The position numbers and the translations under genes are program-made. The notes under the pieces are model-generated. The model saw only the letters and a list, made by a program, of their open reading frames with translations, was not told the origin of the DNA and did no database searches. A stretch of DNA of 64,000 nucleotides. Source: the human T2T-CHM13v2.0 reference genome, Homo sapiens. Numbering within the stretch: position 1 is the first letter of the stretch; each line of letters starts with the position of its first letter. The DNA lies in the NCBI RefSeq assembly GCF_009914755.1, contig NC_060938.1, one strand, 5' to 3'. Below are positions 1 to 15,500 of this stretch, in pieces.

Positions 1-224
1 AGCGTGGTGGCACAGTCTCAGCTCACATTACATTTCACCATTCCATTCCATTCTCTTCCTTTCTATTCCACTCCACTCCACTCCAGTACGTTCCCCTCCA
101 CTCCACTCCATTCCAGTCCATTCCAGTCCTTTCCATTCCATCCCATTCCATTCCACTTCTTTCCACTCCACTCCCCTCCATTCCACTCCAATCCATTCCA
201 TTCCACTCCATTCCATTCCATTCC

Positions 225-288
225 TTTCTTTTGACAGGATCTCACTCTATCAACCAGGCTGGTATGCAGTGGCACAATCTCAGCTCAC
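225..288 (-). mobile_element. Alu 3'-end fragment (antisense), co-amplified with HSat3
   Basis: tttcttttgacaggatctcactctatcaaccaggctggtatgcagtggcacaatctcagctcac resembles the reverse complement of the Alu right-arm end (TTTGAGACAGAGTCTCGCTCTGTCGCCCAGGCTGGAGTGCAGTGGCGCGATCTCGGCTCAC); a partial copy is at 1-26 and an internally deleted copy at 417-448. Confidence 0.85.
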
Positions 289-900
289 ATTTCATTTCAC
301 TATTCCACTCCATTCCATTCCATTCCGCTGCACTCCACTCCACTCCAGTCAATTCCATTCCACTCCACTCCAATCAATTCCATTCCATTCCATTCCAATC
401 CCTTCTATTCCACTCATTTCTTTCAACAGGGTCTCCCTGTGTCACACATTTCTTTTCACCATTTCATTCCAATCCACTCCAGTCCACTCCACTCCATTCC
501 AATCCATGTCAATCCATTCCACTCCACTCCATTCCATTCCACTCTACTTCACTCCAGTCCACTCCACTCCATTCCAATCCATGTCAATCCATTCCACTCC
601 ACTCCATTCCATTCCACTCTACTTCACTCCAGTCCACTCGTCTCCATTCCACTCCATTCCACTGCATTCCACTCCATGCCACTCCATTCCATTCCACGCC
701 ACTCCATTCCACTCCACTGCATTCCACTGCATGACACTCCATTCCACTCCACTCCACTCCACTCCATTCCATTCCACTCTACTCCACTCCACTCCACTCA
801 ATTCCATTTCACTCCACTCCACTCCATTCCTCTCCACTCCACTCCACTCCTCTCCATTCCACTCCACTGCATTCCATTCCACTCCATTCCATTCCATTCC

Positions 901-964
901 TTTCTTTCCACAGGAACTCACTATGTCACAAAGGCTGGAGTGCAGTGGCACAGTCTCAGCTGAC
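901..964 (-). mobile_element. Alu 3'-end fragment (antisense)
   Basis: tttctttccacaggaactcactatgtcacaaaggctggagtgcagtggcacagtctcagctgac. Confidence 0.85.
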
Positions 965-1117
965 ATTTCTTTTCACCATTCCATTGCATTCCATTCCATC
1001 CCATTCCATTCCACTCTATTTCACTCCACCCCACTCCACTCTATTCCGTTCCACTCCTTCCCTTTCCATTCCGCTCCACTCCACTCCACTCCATTCCACT
1101 CCGTTGCATTCCATTCA

Positions 1118-1181
1118 TTTCTTTCAACAGGATATCACTGTGTTACCCTGGCTGCAGTGCAGTGGCACAATCTCAGCTCAC
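1118..1181 (-). mobile_element. Alu 3'-end fragment (antisense)
   Basis: tttctttcaacaggatatcactgtgttaccctggctgcagtgcagtggcacaatctcagctcac. Confidence 0.8.
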
Positions 1182-1574
1182 GTTACATGTCATCTTTCCA
1201 TTGCGTTGCATTTTATTCCATTGCATTCCATTCCATTCCAGTCCTTTCCATTCTATTCCATTCCATTCAATTCCATTCCATTCCACTCTGTTCCATTCCA
1301 CTCCCCTGCACTGCACTACATTCCATTACACCCGATCCCATTCCACTCCATTCCAGCCCTCTCCACTCCACTGCACTCCACTCCACTCTATTCCAATCCG
1401 TCCCATTCCTTTCCGCTCCATACCACTGCACTCCACTCCACCCCACTCCACTCCTCTTCATTCCATTCCATTCCATCTTTTTCCATTCCTCTCGATTGCA
1501 CTCTACTCCACTTCACTCCACTCCACTCCACTCCAAACCATTCCATTCCATTCCACTGCATTCAATTCCATTCC

Positions 1575-1638
1575 TTTCTTTTGAGAGTATCTCACTCTGT
1601 CACCCAGCCTGGAGCGCAGTGGCAGAATCTCAGCTCAC
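1575..1638 (-). mobile_element. Alu 3'-end fragment (antisense)
   Basis: tttcttttgagagtatctcactctgtcacccagcctggagcgcagtggcagaatctcagctcac. Confidence 0.85.
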
Positions 1639-1861
1639 ATTTCATTTCACCATTCCATTGCATTCTACTCCATTAAATTCCACTCCACTCCACTCCAATC
1701 CATTCCACTCCACTCCACCCCAGTCCAGTCCACTCCAGTCCTTTTCTTTCCATCCCATTCCATTCCACTCCTTTCTACTCCACTCCATTCCACTTCTCTC
1801 AACTCCATTACATTCCATTCCACTCCATTCCATTCCATTCCACTCCATTCCATTCCAGTAC

Positions 1862-1925
1862 TTTCTTTTGACAGTATCTCACTCTGTCACCCAGGCTAGT
1901 GTGCAGTGGCACAATCTCAGCTCAT
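1862..1925 (-). mobile_element. Alu 3'-end fragment (antisense)
   Basis: tttcttttgacagtatctcactctgtcacccaggctagtgtgcagtggcacaatctcagctca; identical to the copy 173 bp downstream. Confidence 0.85.
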
Positions 1926-2034
1926 AATTTCACCATTCCATTCCACTGCACTCCACTCCACTCCACTCCACTCAATTCCATACCACTCCACTCCAATCTA
2001 TTCCATTCCATTCCACTCCATTCCATTCCAGTAC

Positions 2035-2098
2035 TTTCTTTTGACAGTATCTCACTCTGTCACCCAGGCTAGTGTGCAGTGGCACAATCTCAGCTCAT
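2035..2098 (-). mobile_element. Alu 3'-end fragment (antisense)
   Basis: Identical to 1862-1925; a further copy at 2203-2247 is cut by the beta-satellite junction. Confidence 0.85.
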
Positions 2099-2247
2099 AA
2101 TTTCACCATTCCATTCCACTGCACTCCACTCCACTCCACTCAATTCCATACCACTCCACTCCAATCTATTCCATTCCATTCCAATCCCTTCCATTCCACT
2201 CCTTTATTTCATCAGGGTCTCCATCTGTCACACAGGCTGTAGTGCAG

Positions 2248-3775
2248 GTGATGAGACTATTTTATAGGCTCTGTGTATGGGGGCATTGTGACCTATCTCT
2301 GCACTGATCACCCAGGTGATGGGACTTTTGTCTAGGCTCTGCCTACGGTGGCATTGTGACATATCTCTTCACTGATCACCCAGGTGATGTAACTCTTGTG
2401 TTGGATCTGCCTAGGGGGCATCATGACATATTTCTGCACTGATCACCCAGGTGTTGGGACTCTTGTCTAGGCTCTGTATATGGGGGATTTGTGACATATC
2501 CCTGCACTGATCACCCAGGTGATGTAACGCTTGACTAGGCTGTGAATTCTGGGGCATAGTGACATATCACTGCATTGATCACCGAGATGATGTAACTCTT
2601 GTCCAGGCTGTACATATAGAAGGCCCAGTGACATATCTCTGCACCGATCATCTACTTGATGTAACTCTTGGTTACACATTGCCTGCAAGGGCATTGTGAA
2701 ATATCTCTTTACTGATCAACCAGGTGATCTAAGTCTTTTCTAGGCTCTGCCTACAGGGGGTTTTGTGACATAACCCTGCACTGATCACCCAGGTGATGGG
2801 ACTCTTCTCTAGGCTCTGCCTACTGGTGACATTGTCACATATTTCTGCACTGATCACCCAGGTGATGGACTCTTGTCTTGGATCTGCCTATGGGGGCATT
2901 GTGACATATCTCTGCACTGATCACCCAGGTGATGTAACTCTAGTCTAAGCTCTGCCTAAAGTGGCATTGTGACAGATCTCTGCACTGATCACTCAGGTGA
3001 TGTAACTATTGTCTAGGCTCTGCTTAAAGGGGCCTTGTCACATATGTCTACACTGATCACCCAGGTGATGTAACGGTTGTCTAGGCTCTGCTTACAGAGG
3101 TTATTGTAACATATCTCTGCACTGATAACGTAAGTGATGTAACACTTGTGTAGGCTCTGCCTACAGGGGCATTTTGACATATCTCTGCACTGTTAACCGA
3201 GGTGATGTAATTCTTCTCTAGGGTGTGCCCATAGGGGGGTTGAGACATATCTCTGCACTGATCCCAAGGTGATCCAACTCTTGCCTGGGCTCTGCCTACT
3301 GGGGGCATTGTGACATATCTCTGCACTGATCTCCCACGTGATGTAACTTTTCTCTAAGCTCGGGCTACATGGCATTGTGACATATTACTGCACTGATCAC
3401 CCAGGTGATATAACCCTTGTCTAGGCTCTGCCTACAGGGGGCTTGTGACACATCTCTGCACTGATCACCCAGGTGATGTATCTCTTGTCTAGGATCCACC
3501 TACAGGGTGCTTTGTGACATATCCCTGCAATGATCACCCAGGTGATGTACCACTTGTCAAAGCTCTGCCTACAAGGGGTTTGCTATATATCTCTGCACTG
3601 ATCATATAGGTCATGTATCTCTTGTCTAGGCTCTGCCTACAGGGGACATTGTGATATATCTCTGCACTGATCACCCAAATGATGCAAATCTTCTCTAGAC
3701 TCCGCAGGGAGGGGTCATTGTGACATATTTCTGAAGTGATCATCGGGGAGATGTAACTATTCTCCAGGCTTTGAC
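2248..3775 (-). repeat. Beta satellite (68-bp Sau3A/BSR) array 1, ~22 monomers
   Basis: Tandem 68-69 bp monomers actcttgtctaggctctgcctacagggggcattgtgacatatctctgcactgatcacccaggtgatgta, each with GATC; strand is given relative to the GATCAGTGCAGAGATATGTCACAATG orientation. Confidence 0.95.
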
Positions 3776-4482
3776 TAAAGAGCGTCGGAAGGTGTTGGGA
3801 GAACCTCAGCTGGAATTTCACGGACGGACAAGGGCACAGAGAGGCCAGCGGGCTCCCTTGCACGTCAGCTGGGGAGTTCAATGAGCACAGGTCTAGCCAG
3901 GAGACCGACAAAGAAAGCTAGAGGTCTGCGTTCTGCGGCCAGGCGCTCCACGGTGGCAGCTGGGAGGCTTCAGGGTCACGGACAGGCCGGCGACGGTGGC
4001 GCGGAGGCGCAGAGGAGGCGAGTCGCCAGATGGGTGACAGGGCTGGACGCTGCGTGGGCCTGGTGTTTTGCGGGACGGGGTTCTCCACCCAGGGCAGGGG
4101 AGGATGCATTTTCCGGGTGTGGGGGGTGGGCGGGGAAGGGGGTGTTCATTCGGGGTTGGGGTGGTGGAAAGGCATGAGAGCTCTGCCTGGGCTGCTCCCA
4201 CATCCCAGGCGGCTGTCTGCAAACCCGCGCGTGCGCAGTAGGCGGCCCACCTGCTGGTACCTGGGACGGCTCTGTGATCCCCGGGATGCCCAGGAGAGAA
4301 TGGCTGTTCTCCGCTGTGTGGAGCCTCTCACCGGGCCTAAACCTAGAAGGTAGGAATCCTAGGCCGGTCAGCCTGGTGGAGGGGGTGGTTGGAAGACACG
4401 CCCCTCCATAGCCAGCCAGGTGTTCCCCGCAAAACAGAGGCCACCGCCCTGCCACTACCCGACCCCTTCCCAACCCCGCGTC

Positions 4483-5924
<1,442 letters not shown>

Positions 5925-6547
5925 TCATGAATGGCAGTGAACCCAGGGACAGCCCGCCCCACCCCGGAAGGGTCCCAGGGCGTCGAGGCCTGCGGCCGGG
6001 TGGTGGTGGGGTGGGGGAGAGGGCCTGGTTACGGCGGTGGTGGGGCTGGAGACACGAAGAGGAAGGGGGCAAGGGGGAAGGGGTGAGGGGGTGGCGTTTC
6101 GGGGGCTGGCTCTCTGGACCTCTCAAGGAATCCCGCGGGAACTGGAAGCCGCTCTCTGGGCTCCCACGCATCTTCAGCAGGAAGAAACCGGCTGGGAGGG
6201 TGGAGGGGAGTTTGGAAATGAACCTCCATGGGAGTCTTGAGTGTTTCAGGCCCTCTCTCGGTGAAGGAGGCAGTGCCTGTGGGTGTCACCATTGCCGGGA
6301 CGGTCTCACACAGGCAGGCGTGTGGCTCTCGTTCATTTCCACTTAGGAGACCAGAGCGAGACCCCAGAGAGAAGATGCCTCCCCGGCGTGATGGCCTGAC
6401 GATGGATTCACCTGTGCGGCATCATGGGGATTCCGCAGTGTGGCCGGTTTGGAAACTGGCAAGGACAGCGAAGGCACCATGCCGGTCTTCCACACTTCCC
6501 TGCATGTTTCTGGGTGTCTGCAGAGATCCAGGAGCAAACAGTCAACA

Positions 6548-9500
6548 TGACACATCTCTGAACTGATCAATAAAGTGATGTAACTCTTGTCTAGGCTCTG
6601 CCTACAGGGGCTTTGTGACATGTCTCTGCACTGATCACCCAGGTGATGGGACTTTTGTCTAGGCTCTGCCTATGGGTGCATTGTGACATATCTCTACACT
6701 GATCACCCAGGTGATTTAACTCTTGTGTTGGATCTGCCTATGGGGGCATTGTGAAATATTTCTGCACTGATCACCCAGGTGATGGGACTCTTGTCTAGGC
6801 TCTGTGTATGTGGGGTTTGTGACATATCTCTGAACTGATCACCCAGGTGATGTAACGCTTGACTAGGCTCTGCCTACGGGGCATAGAGACATATCACTGC
6901 ATTGATCACCGAGATGATATAACTCTTGTCCAGGCTCTGCCTATAGGGGGCCTTGTGACATATCTCTGCACTGATCATCTAGGTGATGTAACACTTGCTT
7001 ACGTTCGGCCTGCAGGGGCATTGTGAAATATCTCTGCACTGATCACCGAGGTAATGGGACTCTTCTCTAGGCTCTGCCTACTGGTGGCATTGTCACATAT
7101 TTCTGCATTGATCACCCAGGTGACGGATTGTTGTCTTGGATTTGCCTATGGGGGCATTGTGACATATCTCTGCACTGATCACCCAGGTGATGTAACTCTT
7201 GTCTAAGCTCTGCCTAAAGGGGCATTGTGATAGATATCTGCACTGATCACTCAGGTGATGTAACTATTGTCTAGGCTCTGCTTAAAGGGGCCTTGTCACA
7301 TATCTCTTCACTGATCACCCAGGTGATGTAACTCTTCTCTAGGCTCTGCTTACACGGGTATTGTGAGATATCTCTGCACTGATCACCCAGGGGATGTAGC
7401 TCTTGTCTAGCCTCTGCCTACAGGGGCATTTTAACATATCTCTGCACTGATCACCGAGATGATGTAACTCTTGTATAGGCTTTGCCGACAGTGGGCATTG
7501 AGACATATCTCTGCACTGATCACCGAGGTGATGCAACTCTTGTCTGGGATCTGCTTACAGGGGGCATTGTGACATATCTCTGCCCTGATCACCCAGGTGA
7601 TGTTACTCTTGTCTAGGCTCTGCCTACTGGAGACATTGTGACATATATCTGCACTGATCACCTAGGTGATGTCACTTTTGTCAAGGATATGGCTATAGGG
7701 ACATTGTGACATGTCACTGCACTGATCACACAGCTGATATAACTCTTGTCTAGGCTCTAGCTACAGAGGGCTTGTGACACATCTCTGCACTGATCACCCA
7801 GGTGATGTAACCCTTATATAGGCTCTGCCAAAAGGGGGCATTGTGGCATAACTCTGCACTGATCACCCTGGTGATGGGACCCTTGTCTAGGCTCTGCCTA
7901 CAGGGGCATTGTGATATATCTCTGCAGTGATCACGCAGGTGATGTAACTCTTGTCTATATCTGCCTACTGGCGGCATTTTGGCATATTTCTGCACTGATC
8001 ACCCAGGTGATGGACTCTTTCTTGGATCTGCCTATGGGGGCATAGTGAAATATCTCTGCACTGATCACTCATGTGATGTAACGCTTGTCTAAGCTGCACC
8101 TAAATGGGAATTGTGACAGATATCTCCACTGATCACCTAGGTGATGTAACAGTTTTCTGGGATTTGTCTACAGGGGGCTTTGTGACATATATTTGCACTG
8201 ATGAACCAGGAGATTTAACTCTTGTCTAGGCTTGGCCTACAGGGGCTTTGTGACGTATTTCTGCACTGATCACCCAGGAGATGTAACTCTTGTCTAGGCT
8301 CCACCTACAGGGGGTATTGTGAGATATCTCTGCACTGATCACCCAGGTGATGTAACATTTCTCTAGGCTCTGCCTACTGGGGCATTTTGACATAGCTCTG
8401 CACAGATCACCAAGGTTATGTAACTCTTGTCCACTCTCTGCCTACAGGGGGCATTGTGAAATATCTCTGCACTGATAACCTAGGTGATGGGTCTCTTCTC
8501 TATACTCTGCCTAGAGTGGGATTTGTGACATATGTCTGCACTGATCACCCAGGTGATGGAAGTCTTCTCTAGGCTCTGTCTATGGGCGCATTGTGTCAAA
8601 TATCTGCACTGATCACCCAGGTGATGTAACTCTTTTCTAGGCTCTGTCTACAGGGATTTTTGTGACATATCACTGCACTGATCAACTCGGTGATGTAAGC
8701 CTTGTATGGGCTTTGCCTACAGAAGGCTTTGTGACATATCTCTGCACTGATCTCTGAGGTGACGCAACTCTTGTCTAGGCACTGCCTACAGGGGACATTG
8801 GTACATATCTCTGCACTGATCACCCAGGTGATGGACTCTTGTCTTATATCTGCCTACTTGACATTGTGACACATCTCTGAACTGATCAAAGAAGTGATGA
8901 AACTCGTGTCTAGGCTCTGCCTACATGGGCTTTGTGACACATCTCTTCACTGATCAACCTGGGGAGGGAACTCTTGTCTACGCTCTGCCTACAGGAGGCT
9001 TTATGACTTATACCTGCACTGATAACCTAGCTGATATAACACTTGTCTAGGCTCTGCCTACATGGGAATTTTCACATATCTCTGCACCGATCACCCAGGT
9101 GATGTAACTCCTGTCTAGATTCAGCCTACGGGAGCGTTTTGACATATCTCTGCACTGATCACCCAGGTGATGTAACCCTTGTCTAAGCTCTGCCTACAGG
9201 GGCATTGTGACAAATCTCTCCACTGCTCACCCAGGTGATGTAACAATTGTCTGGGCTTTGCCTACAGGGGGCTTTTTGATACACATTTCCACTGATCAAA
9301 CAGGTCATGTAACCCTTGTCAAGGTTCTGCTTACAGGGGCTTTGTGACATATCTCTGCACTGATCACCCCAGGGAGGAAACACTTGTCTACACTCTGCCT
9401 ACAAGAGGCTTTACAACTTACCCCTGCACTGATCACTAGGTGATGTAACACTTGTGTAGGCTCTGTCTACACGGGAATTTTCACATATCTATCTCTACAC

Positions 9501-9745
9501 TGATCACCTAAGTGATGTAACCCTTGTCTAGGTTCAGCCTACTGGGGATTTCTGACATACCTATGCACTGATCACCCAGGTGATGTAAATCGTTTCCAGG
9601 CTTTTTTTACAGGGTACATTTTGATATATCTCTACAGTGATCACCCAAATGATGCAAATCTTCTCTAGGCTCCACAGGGAGGGGGCATTGTGACATATTT
9701 CTGAACTGATCATCCAGGAGATGTAACTATTCTCCAGTCTTTGAC
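6548..9745 (-). repeat. Beta satellite array 2, ~47 monomers
   Basis: 68-bp tandem monomers as in array 1. Confidence 0.95.
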
Positions 9746-12519
<2,774 letters not shown>

Positions 12520-15500
12520 TGACACATCTCTCAACTGATCAACAAAATGTCGTAACACTTGACTAGGCTCTGACTAAAGGGGCTTTGTGGGATATCTCTG
12601 CACTGATCACCCAGGCGATGGGACTTTTATCTAGGCTCTGCCTATGGGGGCATTGTGACATATCTCTACACTGATCACCCAGGAAATTTAACTCTTGTGT
12701 TGGATCTGCCTATGGGGGCATTGTGACATATTTCTGCACTGATCACCCAGGTGAACGGACTCTTGTCTAGGCTCTGTGTATGGGGTCTTTGGGACATATC
12801 TCTGCACTGATCACCCAGGTGATGTAACGCTTGACTAGTCTCTGCCTACGGGGCATAGTGACCTATCACTGCATAGATCACCGAGGTGATGTAACTCTTG
12901 TCCAGGCTCTGCCTATAGGGGGCCTTGTGACATATCTCTGCACTGATCATCTAGGTTATGTACCTCTTCCTTACGCTTTGCCTGCACGGCAGGGATATTG
13001 TGAAATATCTCTGCACTGATCACCCAGGTGATGGGACTGTTTTCTAGGCTCTGCCTACTGGGGGCATTGTCACATATTTCTGCCCTGATCAGTGAGGTGA
13101 CGGACTCTTGTCTTGGATTTGCCTATGGGGACATTGTGACATATCTCTGCACTGATCACCCAGGTGATGAAACTCTGGTCTAAGCTCTGCCTAAAGGGGC
13201 ATTGTGACAGATCTCTGCACTGATCACTCAGGTGATGTAACTATTGTCTAGGCTCTGCTTAAAGAGACCTTGTCACATATCTCTGCACTGATCAACCAAG
13301 TGATGCAACTATTGTCTAGGCTCTGCTTACAGGGTGTATTGTGACTTATCTCTGCAATGATCACCTAAGTGATGTAACACTTGTGTAGGCTCTGCCTACA
13401 TGGGCATTTTGACATATTTCTGCACTGTTAACCGATGTGATGTAACTCTTGTCTAGGCTGTGCCCACAGAGTGATTGAGACATATCTCTGCACTGATCCC
13501 GAGGTGATCCAACTCTTGCCTGGTGTCTGCCTACTGGGGACATTGTGACATATCTCTGCACTGATCTCCCAGGTGCTGTTACTTTAGTCTGGGCTCTGGC
13601 TACACGGCATTGTGACATATCACTGCACTGATCACCCATGTGATATAATTATTGTCTAGGCTCTGTCTACAGGGGGCTTGTGACATATCTCTGCGCTGAT
13701 CACCCAGGTGATATAACTCTTCTCTAGGATCTGCCTACAGGGTGCTTTGTGACATATCCCTGCAATGATCACCCAGGTGCTATACCACTTGTCAAGGCTC
13801 TGCCTACAGGGGGCTTTTGACATATCTCTGCACTGATCAACCAGGTGATATAACTCTTCTCTAGGATCTGCCTACAGGGTGCTTTGTGACATATCACTCC
13901 AATGATCACCCAGGTGATGTACCACTTGTCAAGGCTCTGCCTACAGGGACATTGCGATGTATCTCTGCACTGATCTACTAGGTCATGTAACACTTGTTTA
14001 GGCTCTGCCTACAGTGGCATTGTGACATACCTCTGCACTGATCATCCAAGTGATGTAACCCTTGTCTAGGATATGCCTAAAGGGACTTTGTGACATAACT
14101 GCACTGATCATCCAGGTGATGGGGCTTTTGTCTTGGCTCTGCCTAAGGGGGCATTGTGACATATTTCTGCACTGACCACTCAAGTGACGGACTCTTGTGT
14201 TGGATCTGCCTGTGGGGGCATTTTGACTTGTCTCTCCACTGATCACCCAGGTGATGTAACTGTTGTATAACCTCTGCCAACAGGGGAATTGTGAGAGATC
14301 TCTCCACTGATCACCCAAGTGATGTAACTATTGTCTAGGCTTTGCCTACGGGGTCTTTGTGACATACCTTTGCACTGATCACCCAGGTGATGTAACTTAT
14401 CTAATTTCTGCCCACAGAAGCTTTGTGACATATTTCTGCACTGATCACTTTGGTGATGTAACACTTTTATAAGCACAGCCTACAGGGAATTTTAACAAAT
14501 CTCTGCACTGATCACCTAGGTAATGTAAATCTTGTCTACCCTCTGCTCAAAGGGGGCATTGTGAAATATCTCTGCACTGATCACCCAGGTGATTCAACTC
14601 TTGTCTAGGATGTGCCTACAGGGGTATTGTGAAATATCTATGTACTGATCAACTGGGTGATGTAACTCTTGTCAAGGCTATGCCTACAAGGGCATTTTCA
14701 CATATACCTAAACTGGTGACAAAGGTGATGTAACTCTTGCCTAGGCTTTGCCTACAGAGGACATTGTGACATATCTCTGCACTGATACCAAGGTGATGCA
14801 ACTCTTCTCTATGCTCTGCCTACAGGGGACATTGTGACATATCTCTGCACTGATAACCCAGGTGATGCAACTCTTCTCTATGCTCTGCCTACAGGGGGCA
14901 TTGTGACATATCTCTGCACTGATCACCCAGGTGATGTAACTCTTTTCTAGGCTCTGCCTAGAGGGAACCTTGACAAATCTCTGCACTAATCACCTAGGTG
15001 ATGTAAATCTTGTCTACCCTCAGCCCAAAGGGGGTATTGTGAAATATCTCTGCACTGATCACCCAGGTGATTCAACTCTTGACTTGGATCTGCTTACAGG
15101 GGTATTGTGAAATATCTCTGCACTGATCACCTGAGTGATGTAACACTTGTGTAGGCTCTGCCTACAGGGGCATCTTGATATACCTCTGCACTGTCAACCG
15201 AGGTGATGTAACTCTTTTCTAGGCTGTGCACCCAGGGGGATTGAGACATATCTATACACTGATCACGCAGGTGATGCTTCTCTTCCCTATGCTCTGCATA
15301 CAGGGGACATTGTGACATATCTCTGCACTGATCACCCAGGTGAGACAACTCTTCTCTATGCTCTGTCAACAGGGGGCATTGTGACATATCTCTGCACTGA
15401 TCACCCAGATGATGTTACTCTTTTCTAGGCTCTGCCTACATAGGGCGTTTTGACATCACTCTGCACGGATCACCCGGGTTATTTAACTCTTGTCTAGGCT

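Larger units (their letters stand above)
1..2247 (+). repeat. HSat3-like pentameric satellite (CATTC/CACTC)n with embedded Alu fragments
   Basis: Near-continuous ttcca/ctcca/cactc pentamers, diverged; interrupted repeatedly by the same ~64-bp non-pentamer segment. Confidence 0.9.

Noticed and set aside
269-1927. 552-aa ORF and overlapping H/S/P/I-rich or MEWNG-rich ORFs
   Set aside because: Translation of a stop-poor pentamer satellite; low complexity and open in several frames
4115-4170. G-run clusters with G-quadruplex potential here and upstream of each promoter
   Set aside because: An expected property of D4Z4/LSau sequence; run lengths vary freely among copies, so there is no specific signal
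6548-9745. CRISPR-like look (regularly spaced palindromic motif)
   Set aside because: The intervening sequences are homologous parts of the same monomer rather than unique spacers; no cas genes; primate satellite context
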